A DNA stretch of 64,000 bases from a virus (taxonomy: Duplodnaviria > Caudoviricetes), in the IMG/VR virus record IMGVR_UViG_641736227_000002; one strand, given 5' to 3'. Positions 15,431 to 24,590 of this stretch are shown in pieces. Made by a program: the position numbers and the translations under genes. Every line of letters begins with the position of its first letter. Position 1 is the first letter of the stretch. The notes below the pieces were generated by a model. That model did no database searches, had not been told where the DNA came from, and saw only the letters and a list, made by a program, of their open reading frames with translations.

Positions 15431-16553
15431 TATTTCCATCCTCCACGGATACTACATATATCTCTTGATTGTTATAATCCTTCGTTTCAAGTTCCAATTG
15501 CTTCATGCTTGATTCTATTGCTGGTTTCATCTCTTTAGAAAACTTATACCAACAATCAACATTCTCATTGTTATACGGAAAATAGTCCTGCATTAGAGTT
15601 GCTGCAGATAATCCCTTTCTGGTTATTGGTTTTTCTATAAAATCAAGCATTGTATGGTTGAATTGCTGTAAAATAGTTTTGGCTGTTTTGCTTTCCCCCA
15701 AATACTCTAATATTTGCATCCTCACTCCTACATATTTGGTTGCAATCTGTAAGTCATCAGAAATATAACTCATATATGTATTAATTTGTTTTCCAAATCC
15801 TAAGAATGGTATATTAACTCTTTTAGCAAAGCTTTTTGATGTTGTTTCAATATCACGATAAACAGAATTCAAAGCTGAACGAATTTTGCCATCAGCCTCT
15901 TTAAGCATTTGTACTCTTTCAGTTTCAGACTCTTTAGTAGCTGCCTCAAGGACAAGAGATCGAGCATCTAAAAATGGAACAATAATATCTCTGTCACGAT
16001 CTCTTTCAATTTGATATGTCTGAAATTCTTCGATATCTGACAACTTGGCATAAATCTGCCTCATCTGTAGCTGATTACCTATACTGCGCATAGTTTCGAT
16101 ATTAGCAGGACTATTAAGTGCCTTTTTTAGTGTAATATCTTTTACTCGAACTCCATTCTCGTCAAGTATTACTGCTCTCATGTTTCCATCTACTTGCTTT
16201 GATTCACCAACAGAGTATACTCCTTTTTTCAATTTACTTCGTACATCTGAAGGCAAGCTCTCGAAATCCGGCAACAATGTAACATTTCCGTTTATAATAA
16301 TATCTGCTTTATTTATTGCCTCGCCTATTAAATTTAAATCTGAAAAGGGTAAATCCGTTATTACTTGTAGTCCATCTGACTCACGAATAGCAAGGGACAT
16401 TTTTTGAACATATCCATCAAAGAAATTACTCATCTCTGATATGTTTCTACCATAAATATCTGCGTCAGTTTTAAATATTACAAGCGGCTTTCTTTCAGCT
16501 ATAATCTTATGTGGAATATTTTCCAATTCATCTTTTTTATCATTTTCATTCAT
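15423..16553 (-). CDS. Hypothetical helical protein (~376 aa)
   Basis: Long ORF with a GTGGAG RBS, overlapping the small downstream gene. Confidence 0.85.
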   Translation of the reverse strand: MNENDKKDELENIPHKIIAERKPLVIFKTDADIYGRNISEMSNFFDGYVQKMSLAIRESDGLQVITDLPFSDLNLIGEAINKADIIINGNVTLLPDFESLPSDVRSKLKKGVYSVGESKQVDGNMRAVILDENGVRVKDITLKKALNSPANIETMRSIGNQLQMRQIYAKLSDIEEFQTYQIERDRDRDIIVPFLDARSLVLEAATKESETERVQMLKEADGKIRSALNSVYRDIETTSKSFAKRVNIPFLGFGKQINTYMSYISDDLQIATKYVGVRMQILEYLGESKTAKTILQQFNHTMLDFIEKPITRKGLSAATLMQDYFPYNNENVDCWYKFSKEMKPAIESSMKQLELETKDYNNQEIYVVSVEDGNNE

Positions 16554-16569
16554 AGAATATTTCTCCACA

Positions 16570-16974
16570 TTAATTAAGTTCATTTAGTCTTTTGAGCCAT
16601 TTTGCAATAGTTCCGTCTTTAAAAAGAGATAATAAAGCACCGTCACAAAATCTTTCTGCTCTTACAGCTCCTACAAGTAATGCCATTACACATTTTCCAT
16701 CCAAATCATCTACTAATGCATCAGTCATAGATTTTGATTCCCATTTGATTCCATTCTCATTAAGAATATCTGAATAATGATTCAATTTCATTTCTGGATG
16801 CTTATCAATAAATGAATAAAGATCGTCAATAAACTGATGCACCATTTTTGAGTAATTCACATATGGCATTTGGATAGGATGCTCAGATGTTCCATCATTT
16901 TCTTTATCAATTACCCAGTCACCTATACCATCACTTGATAACAACGGTAAGTACTTTATTAAACTCTCATACAC
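16570..16974 (-). CDS. DUF6508-like protein
   Basis: VRAERFCDGALLSLFKDG..KWLKRL motif. Confidence 0.7.
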   Translation of the reverse strand: MYESLIKYLPLLSSDGIGDWVIDKENDGTSEHPIQMPYVNYSKMVHQFIDDLYSFIDKHPEMKLNHYSDILNENGIKWESKSMTDALVDDLDGKCVMALLVGAVRAERFCDGALLSLFKDGTIAKWLKRLNELN

Positions 16975-16991
16975 AATTTATCACCCTTTCA

Positions 16992-18737
16992 TTAAAGCAA
17001 TTCTGTTTCCAATTGTTTCCTCAATAATTTTTTTCTCTCTTCCATAAACTTAATGAAGTTTCCGTAAGTATAATCCATCTCCGGCAGATAATTTATTTTT
17101 CTATATTGGATTTTATCTGTATCAGTTAGGTAATTGGATTCAAACCAGTCAGAAAAATCTTTATCTTGTTTTTCTATATTCGGAATGGCTGCAAGCATCT
17201 GAAGATTACTTAAATCATTTACTTGATTTATATATTCATCAATTTGATTAGTTGGCACATCTCTTTTCCCTAGAGCTGTTCTTGTAAATTTACTCTTTGG
17301 ATATATATGATCAATATGAAACTTATTATTGTAATCCAAAGAAGGATATAACATCATCAAAACCATCAAGGTATCTGCTCTTCCATATTGAAGTTCTAAC
17401 AAGTTTTCAATATCATCATCCGTAAATACAATAGTTTTACTTGTTCCCCTCAGCTTGTTAATAATCTCATCCAGTGGGAATTCTTTGTTTCCATTTGATT
17501 TTATAATTTCACGCAAAGGTCTAAGAACATTATCTGGTTGACCACTGAAGGTTCGTTTTATTAAGGACATTGTGAGCCATTTCTTTATTTTCTTTCTATT
17601 GCTTACAGTTGTTGATGAAACCTCAAAATTATTTGGATTACCTATCGTCATAAGGTAGTATGCAATTGGAATAACCGCATTATTGGATTTCAAACTATCT
17701 CTTGAAAATCCAAAACTTGATACAAGCAGAAATGCTTGAGTGATTGATGTCTTAATTGTATGCCAATTCTGCTCTATCATGAGCATGTTCTGCTTGTTAA
17801 AGTTGTCTACCTTGAATGCAATATTACTGAATCCGGTAAGAACTAACGCTGCTTTCAAAATAAAATCCTTATTTACATTGAACCCTGAACCAATAGCGTT
17901 AATATAATCAACAAACTCTGTAATTTCTTTTCTGGCATCTAAAGTTTCCCACTGTGCAGTAGCAATGGATAACAAAAGATCAGAATAACTAAGCACTGTG
18001 CCACCACTATTTACTCGTATAAAAATTTGGAGTACTTTATCCAACTCATTAGATCTAACCTTATAATAGCTGATACTTGGTTGTGTATGTATTACCTTAA
18101 ATAGCTGCGACAATGTGGCATTTGCAAAAACACTCTGTTCCTTTGTATAAATACCTGAAAATGCAATATTTTGCATAAGGAAATCCATGACATCACCTAA
18201 TTCGGTCATATTTAGAATATCTCCTACTTCAAACCAATAGTGACTATTGTCATTCTCCACTTCTTCTGCTGTAAGAAATGAAAATTCATATTTATCTGTT
18301 TCACTGTCTGCAGGTTCCACTATATTTAAATACAGTTTTCTTTCCGGAAATGCAGATTCATTTTTCCATTGTTTGAATGGCATTTTATATGCATATGTGC
18401 CTTTTAATCCAATAAATATAGATGTCAGCCTCTGTTGTCCATCTAAAACCGCCATCACATTATCGTTTCCTGTAAGATTCACTTTTGGATTATGTCTAGC
18501 ATTTTTTTCATGATAATTTTGTAAAAAAGAGTAAAATTCATAAAGAGTATTCTGTTCTCTATCAAGTTCCCAAAACAAGAATGCACCAAACGGATAATCT
18601 TGCATTACACTATCAAAAAGTCTCTCTATCTGTGAAGTATTCCATACAAATTCTCTTTGAATCGATGGGAGTACATACTTATTAGCTGATATATCCCTTA
18701 CAACCTCTGCTATAGTTAATGGTGACTCATAAGCCAT
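16992..18737 (-). CDS. DUF262/DUF1524 (GmrSD-type) modification-dependent restriction nuclease
   Basis: LPSIQREFVW, DGQQRLTS, FIRVNSGG; C-terminal HIDHIYP..NL..N HNH-like motif. Confidence 0.85.
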   Translation of the reverse strand: MAYESPLTIAEVVRDISANKYVLPSIQREFVWNTSQIERLFDSVMQDYPFGAFLFWELDREQNTLYEFYSFLQNYHEKNARHNPKVNLTGNDNVMAVLDGQQRLTSIFIGLKGTYAYKMPFKQWKNESAFPERKLYLNIVEPADSETDKYEFSFLTAEEVENDNSHYWFEVGDILNMTELGDVMDFLMQNIAFSGIYTKEQSVFANATLSQLFKVIHTQPSISYYKVRSNELDKVLQIFIRVNSGGTVLSYSDLLLSIATAQWETLDARKEITEFVDYINAIGSGFNVNKDFILKAALVLTGFSNIAFKVDNFNKQNMLMIEQNWHTIKTSITQAFLLVSSFGFSRDSLKSNNAVIPIAYYLMTIGNPNNFEVSSTTVSNRKKIKKWLTMSLIKRTFSGQPDNVLRPLREIIKSNGNKEFPLDEIINKLRGTSKTIVFTDDDIENLLELQYGRADTLMVLMMLYPSLDYNNKFHIDHIYPKSKFTRTALGKRDVPTNQIDEYINQVNDLSNLQMLAAIPNIEKQDKDFSDWFESNYLTDTDKIQYRKINYLPEMDYTYGNFIKFMEERKKLLRKQLETELL

Positions 18738-18740
18738 TAT

Positions 18741-18956
18741 TTATTCCTCCTTTTTCCTCACATAAGTAAGCTCAACATCATATCCAAGTTCTTCCATCAT
18801 ACGAATGAATGTCTTGTTAACAACACCATCATTCTTTTTGATAATTCGATTAACATATGGACTTGATGTATCGGATTTCTCTGCAAGCTGAGCCTGTGTA
18901 ATTCCGTTTTCTATACATTTAACTTTTACATCTACTTCTATATTGTTCTTTAGCAT
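18741..18956 (-). CDS. Xre HTH regulator heading the defence operon
   Basis: ITQAQLAEKSDTSSPYVNRII; GAGGAG RBS before ATG 18956. Confidence 0.85.
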   Translation of the reverse strand: MLKNNIEVDVKVKCIENGITQAQLAEKSDTSSPYVNRIIKKNDGVVNKTFIRMMEELGYDVELTYVRKKEE

Positions 18957-18969
18957 ATTCACTCTCCTC

Positions 18970-19033
18970 GTGCTTATGAATTTATTGCACAAATAAGATA
19001 ATTTATTCTAACATATAATGCGTAATTTTTCAA
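18970..19033 (-). promoter_or_regulatory. Promoter TTGAAA-17-TAGAAT with downstream GTGC..GCAC imperfect palindrome
   Basis: -35 at 19028-19033, -10 at 19005-19010, palindrome at 18970-18990. Confidence 0.65.
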
Positions 19034-19061
19034 TTGCTGAAATGTTACATTTCCGTAAACA

Positions 19062-19094
19062 GAAAAAGCACCCAGACCAACAGGTCTGAGTGCA
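19062..19094 (-). terminator. Terminator after the recombinases
   Basis: GCACTCAGACC-tgtt-GGTCTGGGTGC-TTTTT. Confidence 0.8.
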
Positions 19095-19106
19095 ACTCTA
19101 CTGTAT

Positions 19107-20690
19107 TTATTCAACTTTAATTTCTGTCCCGTCCTTGAAAACTACTGTTACTTCTTCCTTGCTTTTTACGACAATCTTTTCCACAAGGCTGCTCCAAAGT
19201 GCCTCGTCAAATTCGGTTATCAGTTCCGATTGTCCGTTGAGAACTGTGATGAATCTACCCATCTGCTCGTACTTAGCATCTTTTTCAGATATTGTAGTAC
19301 AGACAGTATCGTATTCTTCTTTTAGCTTATTGTATCGCTCTACCAAGGAATTATACTTTTTGTTGTACTCGTCCTGGTTCTGAGCCACTCTCGCATTCTC
19401 CGCTACAATATTCTGCGTCATTTCCACCGCAATAGCTATCTCTTCTTCCAAGGATTCTTTCTTTTTAACAAGGTCTGCCTTGTCACAAAGTGTAGTTCGT
19501 ATCAGTTGAAGATTATCAAGGATTTCTGCTTTTTCTGTAATAAGCTGATTCATCGCCTTTACAAAATATTCTTTGATTTCAAACTCCGTCAAATGTGGAG
19601 TTGAGCATCCGGTCTTGTGCCTGAACTTGTTATTGCACTGATAAATAATTCTCCTGTATTTATCGTTAGAATGCCAAACCTTGCTGCCATACCAACCACC
19701 ACACTCAGCACACTGCACCTTGGAAGAAAAGATTGACACTCCGCTGTACCTTGTACTTCCTTTGCCTCTTCGCTGAATTTCAGCTTGTACTAAGTCGAAT
19801 AACTCCGGTTCAATAATTGCCGGATGATTGTTTTCTACATAATACTGTGGGACTTCACCCTCATTGGTTTTAGTCTTTTTCGTAAGAAAGTCCACTGTGT
19901 ACGACTTCTGCAAAAGTGCATCACCCTTATACTTTTCGTTAGTTAGAATACTGCGAACTGTTGACTGGCTCCAGTTATCTTTACTTGCAGGAGTTTTCAA
20001 TCCTCTCTTTGTCAATTCATTTGCTATGGAATGCATTGTAAGTCCATCTAAGAATAGCTTATAAATCAGTTTTACCGTTTGTGCCTGTTCCTCATTGATT
20101 ACAAGACTGCCATCTGGGGCTTTATCATAGCCGAGAAATCTGCTGTAGGCAAAGCTGACTTTTCCATCTGCAAAACGCTTTCTGTGTCCCCATGTGACAT
20201 TCTCCGAAATGGATCTACTTTCTTCCTGTGCAAGAGAACTCATAATGGTAAGTAGTAGTTCTCCCTTGCTGTCAAACGTCCATATGTTCTCTTTTTCAAA
20301 GTAGCATTCAATATTGTGTTCTTTTAGTTTTCTGATGGTAGAAAGGGAATCAACAGTATTTCTTGCAAATCGGCTGACTGACTTTGTAATAATAAGGTCA
20401 ATCTTTCCGGCAAGCGCATCAGCAATCATAGTATTGAAGCCATCTCTATGCTTCGTATTTGTTGCACTGATTCCTTCATCAGAATATAGTCCAGCAAATT
20501 CCCAATCATCTCTGCCTTTTATATAATTTGTATAATAGTCTACCTGTGCAACATAACTTGTAGTTTGATCCTCATGGTCTGTACTTACACGGGCATATCC
20601 TGCAACCTTTCGTTTTTTCTTACTGTCCACAGGCTTGGCAGTAAATTTATTGATGGTTGCAGGTATTTGCGTTACTTTTCTTTTCGCCAA
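19107..20690 (-). CDS. Large serine recombinase
   Basis: YARVST, KSVSRFARN, recombinase domain, Zn ribbon and coiled coil. Confidence 0.95.
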   Translation of the reverse strand: MAKRKVTQIPATINKFTAKPVDSKKKRKVAGYARVSTDHEDQTTSYVAQVDYYTNYIKGRDDWEFAGLYSDEGISATNTKHRDGFNTMIADALAGKIDLIITKSVSRFARNTVDSLSTIRKLKEHNIECYFEKENIWTFDSKGELLLTIMSSLAQEESRSISENVTWGHRKRFADGKVSFAYSRFLGYDKAPDGSLVINEEQAQTVKLIYKLFLDGLTMHSIANELTKRGLKTPASKDNWSQSTVRSILTNEKYKGDALLQKSYTVDFLTKKTKTNEGEVPQYYVENNHPAIIEPELFDLVQAEIQRRGKGSTRYSGVSIFSSKVQCAECGGWYGSKVWHSNDKYRRIIYQCNNKFRHKTGCSTPHLTEFEIKEYFVKAMNQLITEKAEILDNLQLIRTTLCDKADLVKKKESLEEEIAIAVEMTQNIVAENARVAQNQDEYNKKYNSLVERYNKLKEEYDTVCTTISEKDAKYEQMGRFITVLNGQSELITEFDEALWSSLVEKIVVKSKEEVTVVFKDGTEIKVE

Positions 20691-22465
20691 TTTCTGCCAC
20701 GCTCCTTCCTCATATTTTTCATACGCTGACTCATCTCGGCCTTACGCTCCGGTGTCCATTTTTCTTTCATAATCTGTCGCATATGTTCTTTTTGTTCTTC
20801 TGAGCAATGCCTGCCGCCACGCTTCGGTGGTTCAAAGGTCATCGGTGTTACTATTCCATCTTTTCCAACAACTTCTAGCTGATAGCCGTCAATGTTTATT
20901 TGCTCTACTTTTTCTGCAAAAACCTTCTCGTCCCATTCTGCCATTCCGAGAACTTCTGCAAGCTGAGATTTCAAAAAATCTTCTCTTAGTCCTTGTGCCT
21001 TACAAGCGGTTCTTTCAGCACATCGCCAATAATAAAATTTGCCATCTTCCGATGAAGTTGATGGCTGAGTGCATCGCCTATAATTGCAGCCACAATGCTT
21101 GCATTTTAATTTACTTGTAAATACCGATGCACCTTTTGGATTTGTATTCTTCTTTCTTCTTTGCTTAGACACCTTATCTCGATATTCTTTAGTCCAACAA
21201 TCTTGATGACCCGTATTCTCGCAAGGCCTAGTAACAATAGTTCCATCTTGCAAATGAATCTCCAGAGTATACCTCTTTGGAACATTGATAAAGTCTACCT
21301 TATCAAGGAAAACTTCATCATCAAATTCATCAATATCTAGAACCTCGGCAAGAACCTTTTTCATATTATCCTGGTTAATACTTGCTCCTACTTCGCAGTG
21401 TCCGCCTTTTTTCTTTCTTGAACCACATACCCAAAACTCTAATCTTTTTCCGTTTGGAGTTCGTGGCTTTCTGGTGTTATGCATATAGCTGACACCACAG
21501 TAAGGGCATTTAATCTTTCCCGTAAAACAAGAAATGTTAAGGCTCTTATTTGCCAACGCTCCCAGCTGTCTGCGTCTTGCCATTTCATCTTGTATATACT
21601 GAAATGTCTCAAGGTCAATAATTGCCTCGTGGGTATCTTCCACCCAATACTGTGGCAATTCTCCACGATTTTGCTTACGCTTTTTATTGATGGGGTCTGA
21701 TATAAATTCCTTCTGAAAAAGCATGTTACCCGTATAAGTAATGTTGGTTAATATCTTCTTGATATTAGAATCTCTCATCACGCAGCCTTGCCTAGTACGA
21801 ATACCCTCAGCTTCAAGTTCTCTTTCCGTTTCCAGTCTTGATTTTCCATCAAGAAAATTTTGATAAATTCTCTTTACCACCTCTGCTTCTTTCGGAACAA
21901 TGATTAACTCATCTCCTTGCCATTCATATCCGTAGATGTTGAAGTGTCCACTTGCATTTAGCATACCTTCCTGCATCCTTTTACGAATGCCCCACTTCAC
22001 ATTATCCGATATAGAACGGCTCTCTTCTTGAGCAAAAGAAGCAAGTATGGAAAGCATCAACTCTCCATTACCACTTAAAGAATTGATATTCTCTTTTTCA
22101 AATCTGACCTCAATTCCTAAATTTTTTAGATGTCTTACTGTTTCAAGCAAATCCACTGTATTTCTTGCAAATCGCTGTATTGACTTTGTAAGAATAATAT
22201 CAATTTTTCCTTGCTCAGCATCTGCAATCATTCGTCTGAACTCATCACGCTTGACTGTACTTGTTCCGCTGATACCATTATCGGCATATACTCCAGCAAA
22301 TTCCCAGTCCGGATTCTTTTGAATGAAATCATTGTAGTAACTTATCTGTGCAGAAAGCGAGTGATTCATTCGCTCTGATTCCATTGAAATTCTAGCGTAT
22401 GCAGCAACCTTTTTTCTTTTCTTTATAGTTGGTATCGTACTCTCAATCTTGGTAATTGTACGCAT
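20672..22465 (-). CDS. Large serine recombinase with two Zn-ribbon domains
   Basis: YARISM, KSIQRFARN; CPYC and CKHC ribbons. Confidence 0.95.
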   Translation of the reverse strand: MRTITKIESTIPTIKKRKKVAAYARISMESERMNHSLSAQISYYNDFIQKNPDWEFAGVYADNGISGTSTVKRDEFRRMIADAEQGKIDIILTKSIQRFARNTVDLLETVRHLKNLGIEVRFEKENINSLSGNGELMLSILASFAQEESRSISDNVKWGIRKRMQEGMLNASGHFNIYGYEWQGDELIIVPKEAEVVKRIYQNFLDGKSRLETERELEAEGIRTRQGCVMRDSNIKKILTNITYTGNMLFQKEFISDPINKKRKQNRGELPQYWVEDTHEAIIDLETFQYIQDEMARRRQLGALANKSLNISCFTGKIKCPYCGVSYMHNTRKPRTPNGKRLEFWVCGSRKKKGGHCEVGASINQDNMKKVLAEVLDIDEFDDEVFLDKVDFINVPKRYTLEIHLQDGTIVTRPCENTGHQDCWTKEYRDKVSKQRRKKNTNPKGASVFTSKLKCKHCGCNYRRCTQPSTSSEDGKFYYWRCAERTACKAQGLREDFLKSQLAEVLGMAEWDEKVFAEKVEQINIDGYQLEVVGKDGIVTPMTFEPPKRGGRHCSEEQKEHMRQIMKEKWTPERKAEMSQRMKNMRKERGRNWRKEK

Positions 22466-22489
22466 GAAATCAACCTCCTTCCTTACACA

Positions 22490-22523
22490 TATATCACTCT
22501 AAAGCCCACTTATATCAAGTCAA
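22490..22523 (-). promoter_or_regulatory. Motif II copy 1 (CTTG-N12-TTTAGAGTGAT)
   Basis: Also at 42437-42470 and 43640-43667 with identical spacing. Confidence 0.75.
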
Positions 22524-22686
22524 TATCGGCAAATAATGTACCCAAAGTTGGCTGATATTTTTCCTGCATTTTTGTATCAATTATGGTGTACTCTTCCTTA
22601 GTTATAAGTCCATCATCAAGCATCTTTTTTGCTATACTCATGGTTATCTGATACAGCTTTTCCTGTTTCATCTGCTCCTTACTCAT
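22510..22686 (-). CDS. Small SHOCT-like recombinase-associated protein
   Basis: MLDDGLITKEEY motif; GGAGG RBS. Confidence 0.8.
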   Translation of the reverse strand: MSKEQMKQEKLYQITMSIAKKMLDDGLITKEEYTIIDTKMQEKYQPTLGTLFADIDLI

Positions 22687-23107
22687 TGCTTCCACCTCCG
22701 AATCTGTCGGTGATGTAGCAAGCATGGGAACAGTACTTTCTATCAACCTTTCCATACACTTGAAACTTCCTATGACAACCTGGGCATACCTTTGTCGTTA
22801 TATTTTTATGATGAACTTCTTCACGATGAGAGTTCCACCACGTCATACGGCATTTATCTGAGCAGAACTGTTTTTTCTTTCTCTTATCATTCTGTGGCAC
22901 CGCCTTTCCACAATTCTTGCAATAGACTTTCTCTGATGAGCAATTAGGAATTGTTGCTGGCACAACTGTTTCTGACTTAGCAAGGTTGTTTCTACGGCAG
23001 AAAGACTTGATGGTGTTTTCTGAAATATTAAGTTCCTTTGCAATTACTCTATATCCAAGACCTTCTGCCCTCATATTTATAATTTGTGATTTTTTCATAT
23101 CGTTCAT
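22679..23107 (-). CDS. HTH plus Cys-rich Zn-finger protein in the recombinase operon
   Basis: GLGYRVIAKELNISENTIKSFCRR; CKNC, FCSDKC, CPGC, YCSHAC. Confidence 0.8.
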   Translation of the reverse strand: MNDMKKSQIINMRAEGLGYRVIAKELNISENTIKSFCRRNNLAKSETVVPATIPNCSSEKVYCKNCGKAVPQNDKRKKKQFCSDKCRMTWWNSHREEVHHKNITTKVCPGCHRKFQVYGKVDRKYCSHACYITDRFGGGSNE

Positions 23108-23124
23108 AAGTAGAACCACCTCCT

Positions 23125-23160
23125 AAGTAACAGGCAAAGAAAATGGCTCAAATTTTAACT
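23125..23160 (-). promoter_or_regulatory. Motif I copy 1 (AGTTAAAA-N13-CTTTGCCTGTTACTT), putative phage-sigma promoter
   Basis: Identical boxes and spacing at 54557 and 59122. Confidence 0.8.
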
Positions 23161-23168
23161 TTTCACGC

Positions 23169-23208
23169 AAAAAAATGCCCGTCAGAGAAATTAATCTCCA
23201 ACGGGCAT
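23169..23208 (-). terminator. Terminator after the endolysin
   Basis: ATGCCCGT..ACGGGCAT stem plus T tract. Confidence 0.8.
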
Positions 23209-23229
23209 AATGATTGCTGAGTTATTCAG

Positions 23230-24093
23230 TTATCTCAAGAGTTCATTCACTCTCTTCTGCACGGCATCGTAGTTATATCCGGCTTTGGTAAGTCTGTTCT
23301 TTCTATCTGCTCCGTTACCCCATTTGCCTTGAATGACCTCTCTTGCAAGCTCGTCTACCGTTTTGGTACTTGAGGCAGAAGTTCCATATACTACTTTTCC
23401 ATTTGTATCAAATACAGAATATCCAGGATTTGCCTTTGCACATCTCTTTGCATTTTCCAATGACTTAAATGCGCCCTTCTGTGATTTGACATCTGCCCAA
23501 GTCTTTCTTACTCGGTACAATCCTGTCGCTGTAGTTCCACCGGAAGATGAACCGCCTAGTTCCGCAGTAACCTTTGCAGCAAGATCACCAAGTCTTGAAT
23601 AAAGCCAGTCTCCCGGACAGGACTTATTCGCAAACCATCTGTGAACTGTAAGTACCATCTCATCAGATTTTGGCGAATAGTTCAGTGACTTGTTTTTATC
23701 TCCAAACCACAAAAGTTTCTTTTTGCCATTTCTTCTGCAGATATCTGTGCAAAGTTTGATAAGAGTTGCATATACCGTGCTGTTCATCGTATATGGATGT
23801 TTTGTATCGGATGCACACTCAATCGTGACGGCTCTCTGATCATTGGCATTAGAAGATGAACACCAAGAGCGGTTCTTCTCTTCTACATACATTCCGACTC
23901 TGCCATCAGGTCCGATACCATAGTTGCAGCTTGCCTGTCTTGAAGTAGGTGCAAAAATATTTCCTAAAGTTTCTACACTGCACTGACCAACCACACAATG
24001 CGGTGTGATTCTATCAATGGAATGTGTTCTCTGTCCGGAATGGTTCGGACTAAGTTTGGTGTAGGACACCATTTTGCTGTTTGTATAAGCCAT
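23230..24093 (-). CDS. Endolysin: amidase plus Cpl-7 (CW_7) cell-wall-binding repeat
   Basis: ITPHCVVG, ASCNYGI, HRWFANKSCPG; DELAREVIQGKWGNGADRKNRL. Confidence 0.92.
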   Translation of the reverse strand: MAYTNSKMVSYTKLSPNHSGQRTHSIDRITPHCVVGQCSVETLGNIFAPTSRQASCNYGIGPDGRVGMYVEEKNRSWCSSSNANDQRAVTIECASDTKHPYTMNSTVYATLIKLCTDICRRNGKKKLLWFGDKNKSLNYSPKSDEMVLTVHRWFANKSCPGDWLYSRLGDLAAKVTAELGGSSSGGTTATGLYRVRKTWADVKSQKGAFKSLENAKRCAKANPGYSVFDTNGKVVYGTSASSTKTVDELAREVIQGKWGNGADRKNRLTKAGYNYDAVQKRVNELLR

Positions 24094-24094
24094 A

Positions 24095-24508
24095 TTATTT
24101 TTCCTCACTTTCTGCTCTGTCATGGAGCTGTTCCAATACTGATTTGATTTTTACCGGGATAGGAAGTCCCAAATGTCCTGCATTTTCAAGAAGGCTCACA
24201 CCTTCATTGGAAATGTAAAAGAAGATTACTGCTGTTCTAAGGACACTGCCTGTACCAATCACCTGCACATCAAGAATGTTTGCAATCCCGACAAGCAGGA
24301 AAATCAGCACCTTTCTGCAGATTCCCTTAAAGCCAACTGCACTTGACAGTTTCTTATCTGAGATGGCACACATCACTCCCGTGATATAGTCCGTGACTGC
24401 AAATAAAATGAGAGCGATAAGTAAGCCATCACATCCTCCTAAGAAGTAGCCAAGCCACCCTCCGATTCCGGCAAATACAAACTGAATCATGTTCCAAAAT
24501 TCCTTCAT
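24095..24508 (-). CDS. Holin (toxin secretion/phage lysis family)
   Basis: DYITG..SAVGFKGI..FFYISNEGVSLLENA. Confidence 0.92.
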   Translation of the reverse strand: MKEFWNMIQFVFAGIGGWLGYFLGGCDGLLIALILFAVTDYITGVMCAISDKKLSSAVGFKGICRKVLIFLLVGIANILDVQVIGTGSVLRTAVIFFYISNEGVSLLENAGHLGLPIPVKIKSVLEQLHDRAESEEK

Positions 24509-24590
24509 TAATAATTCCTCCGTTTCTAAAAATTTGTATAGAAAAAGCGACTGCCCCCATTTGAGCAATCGCTTGATCTAGCAATAAATA

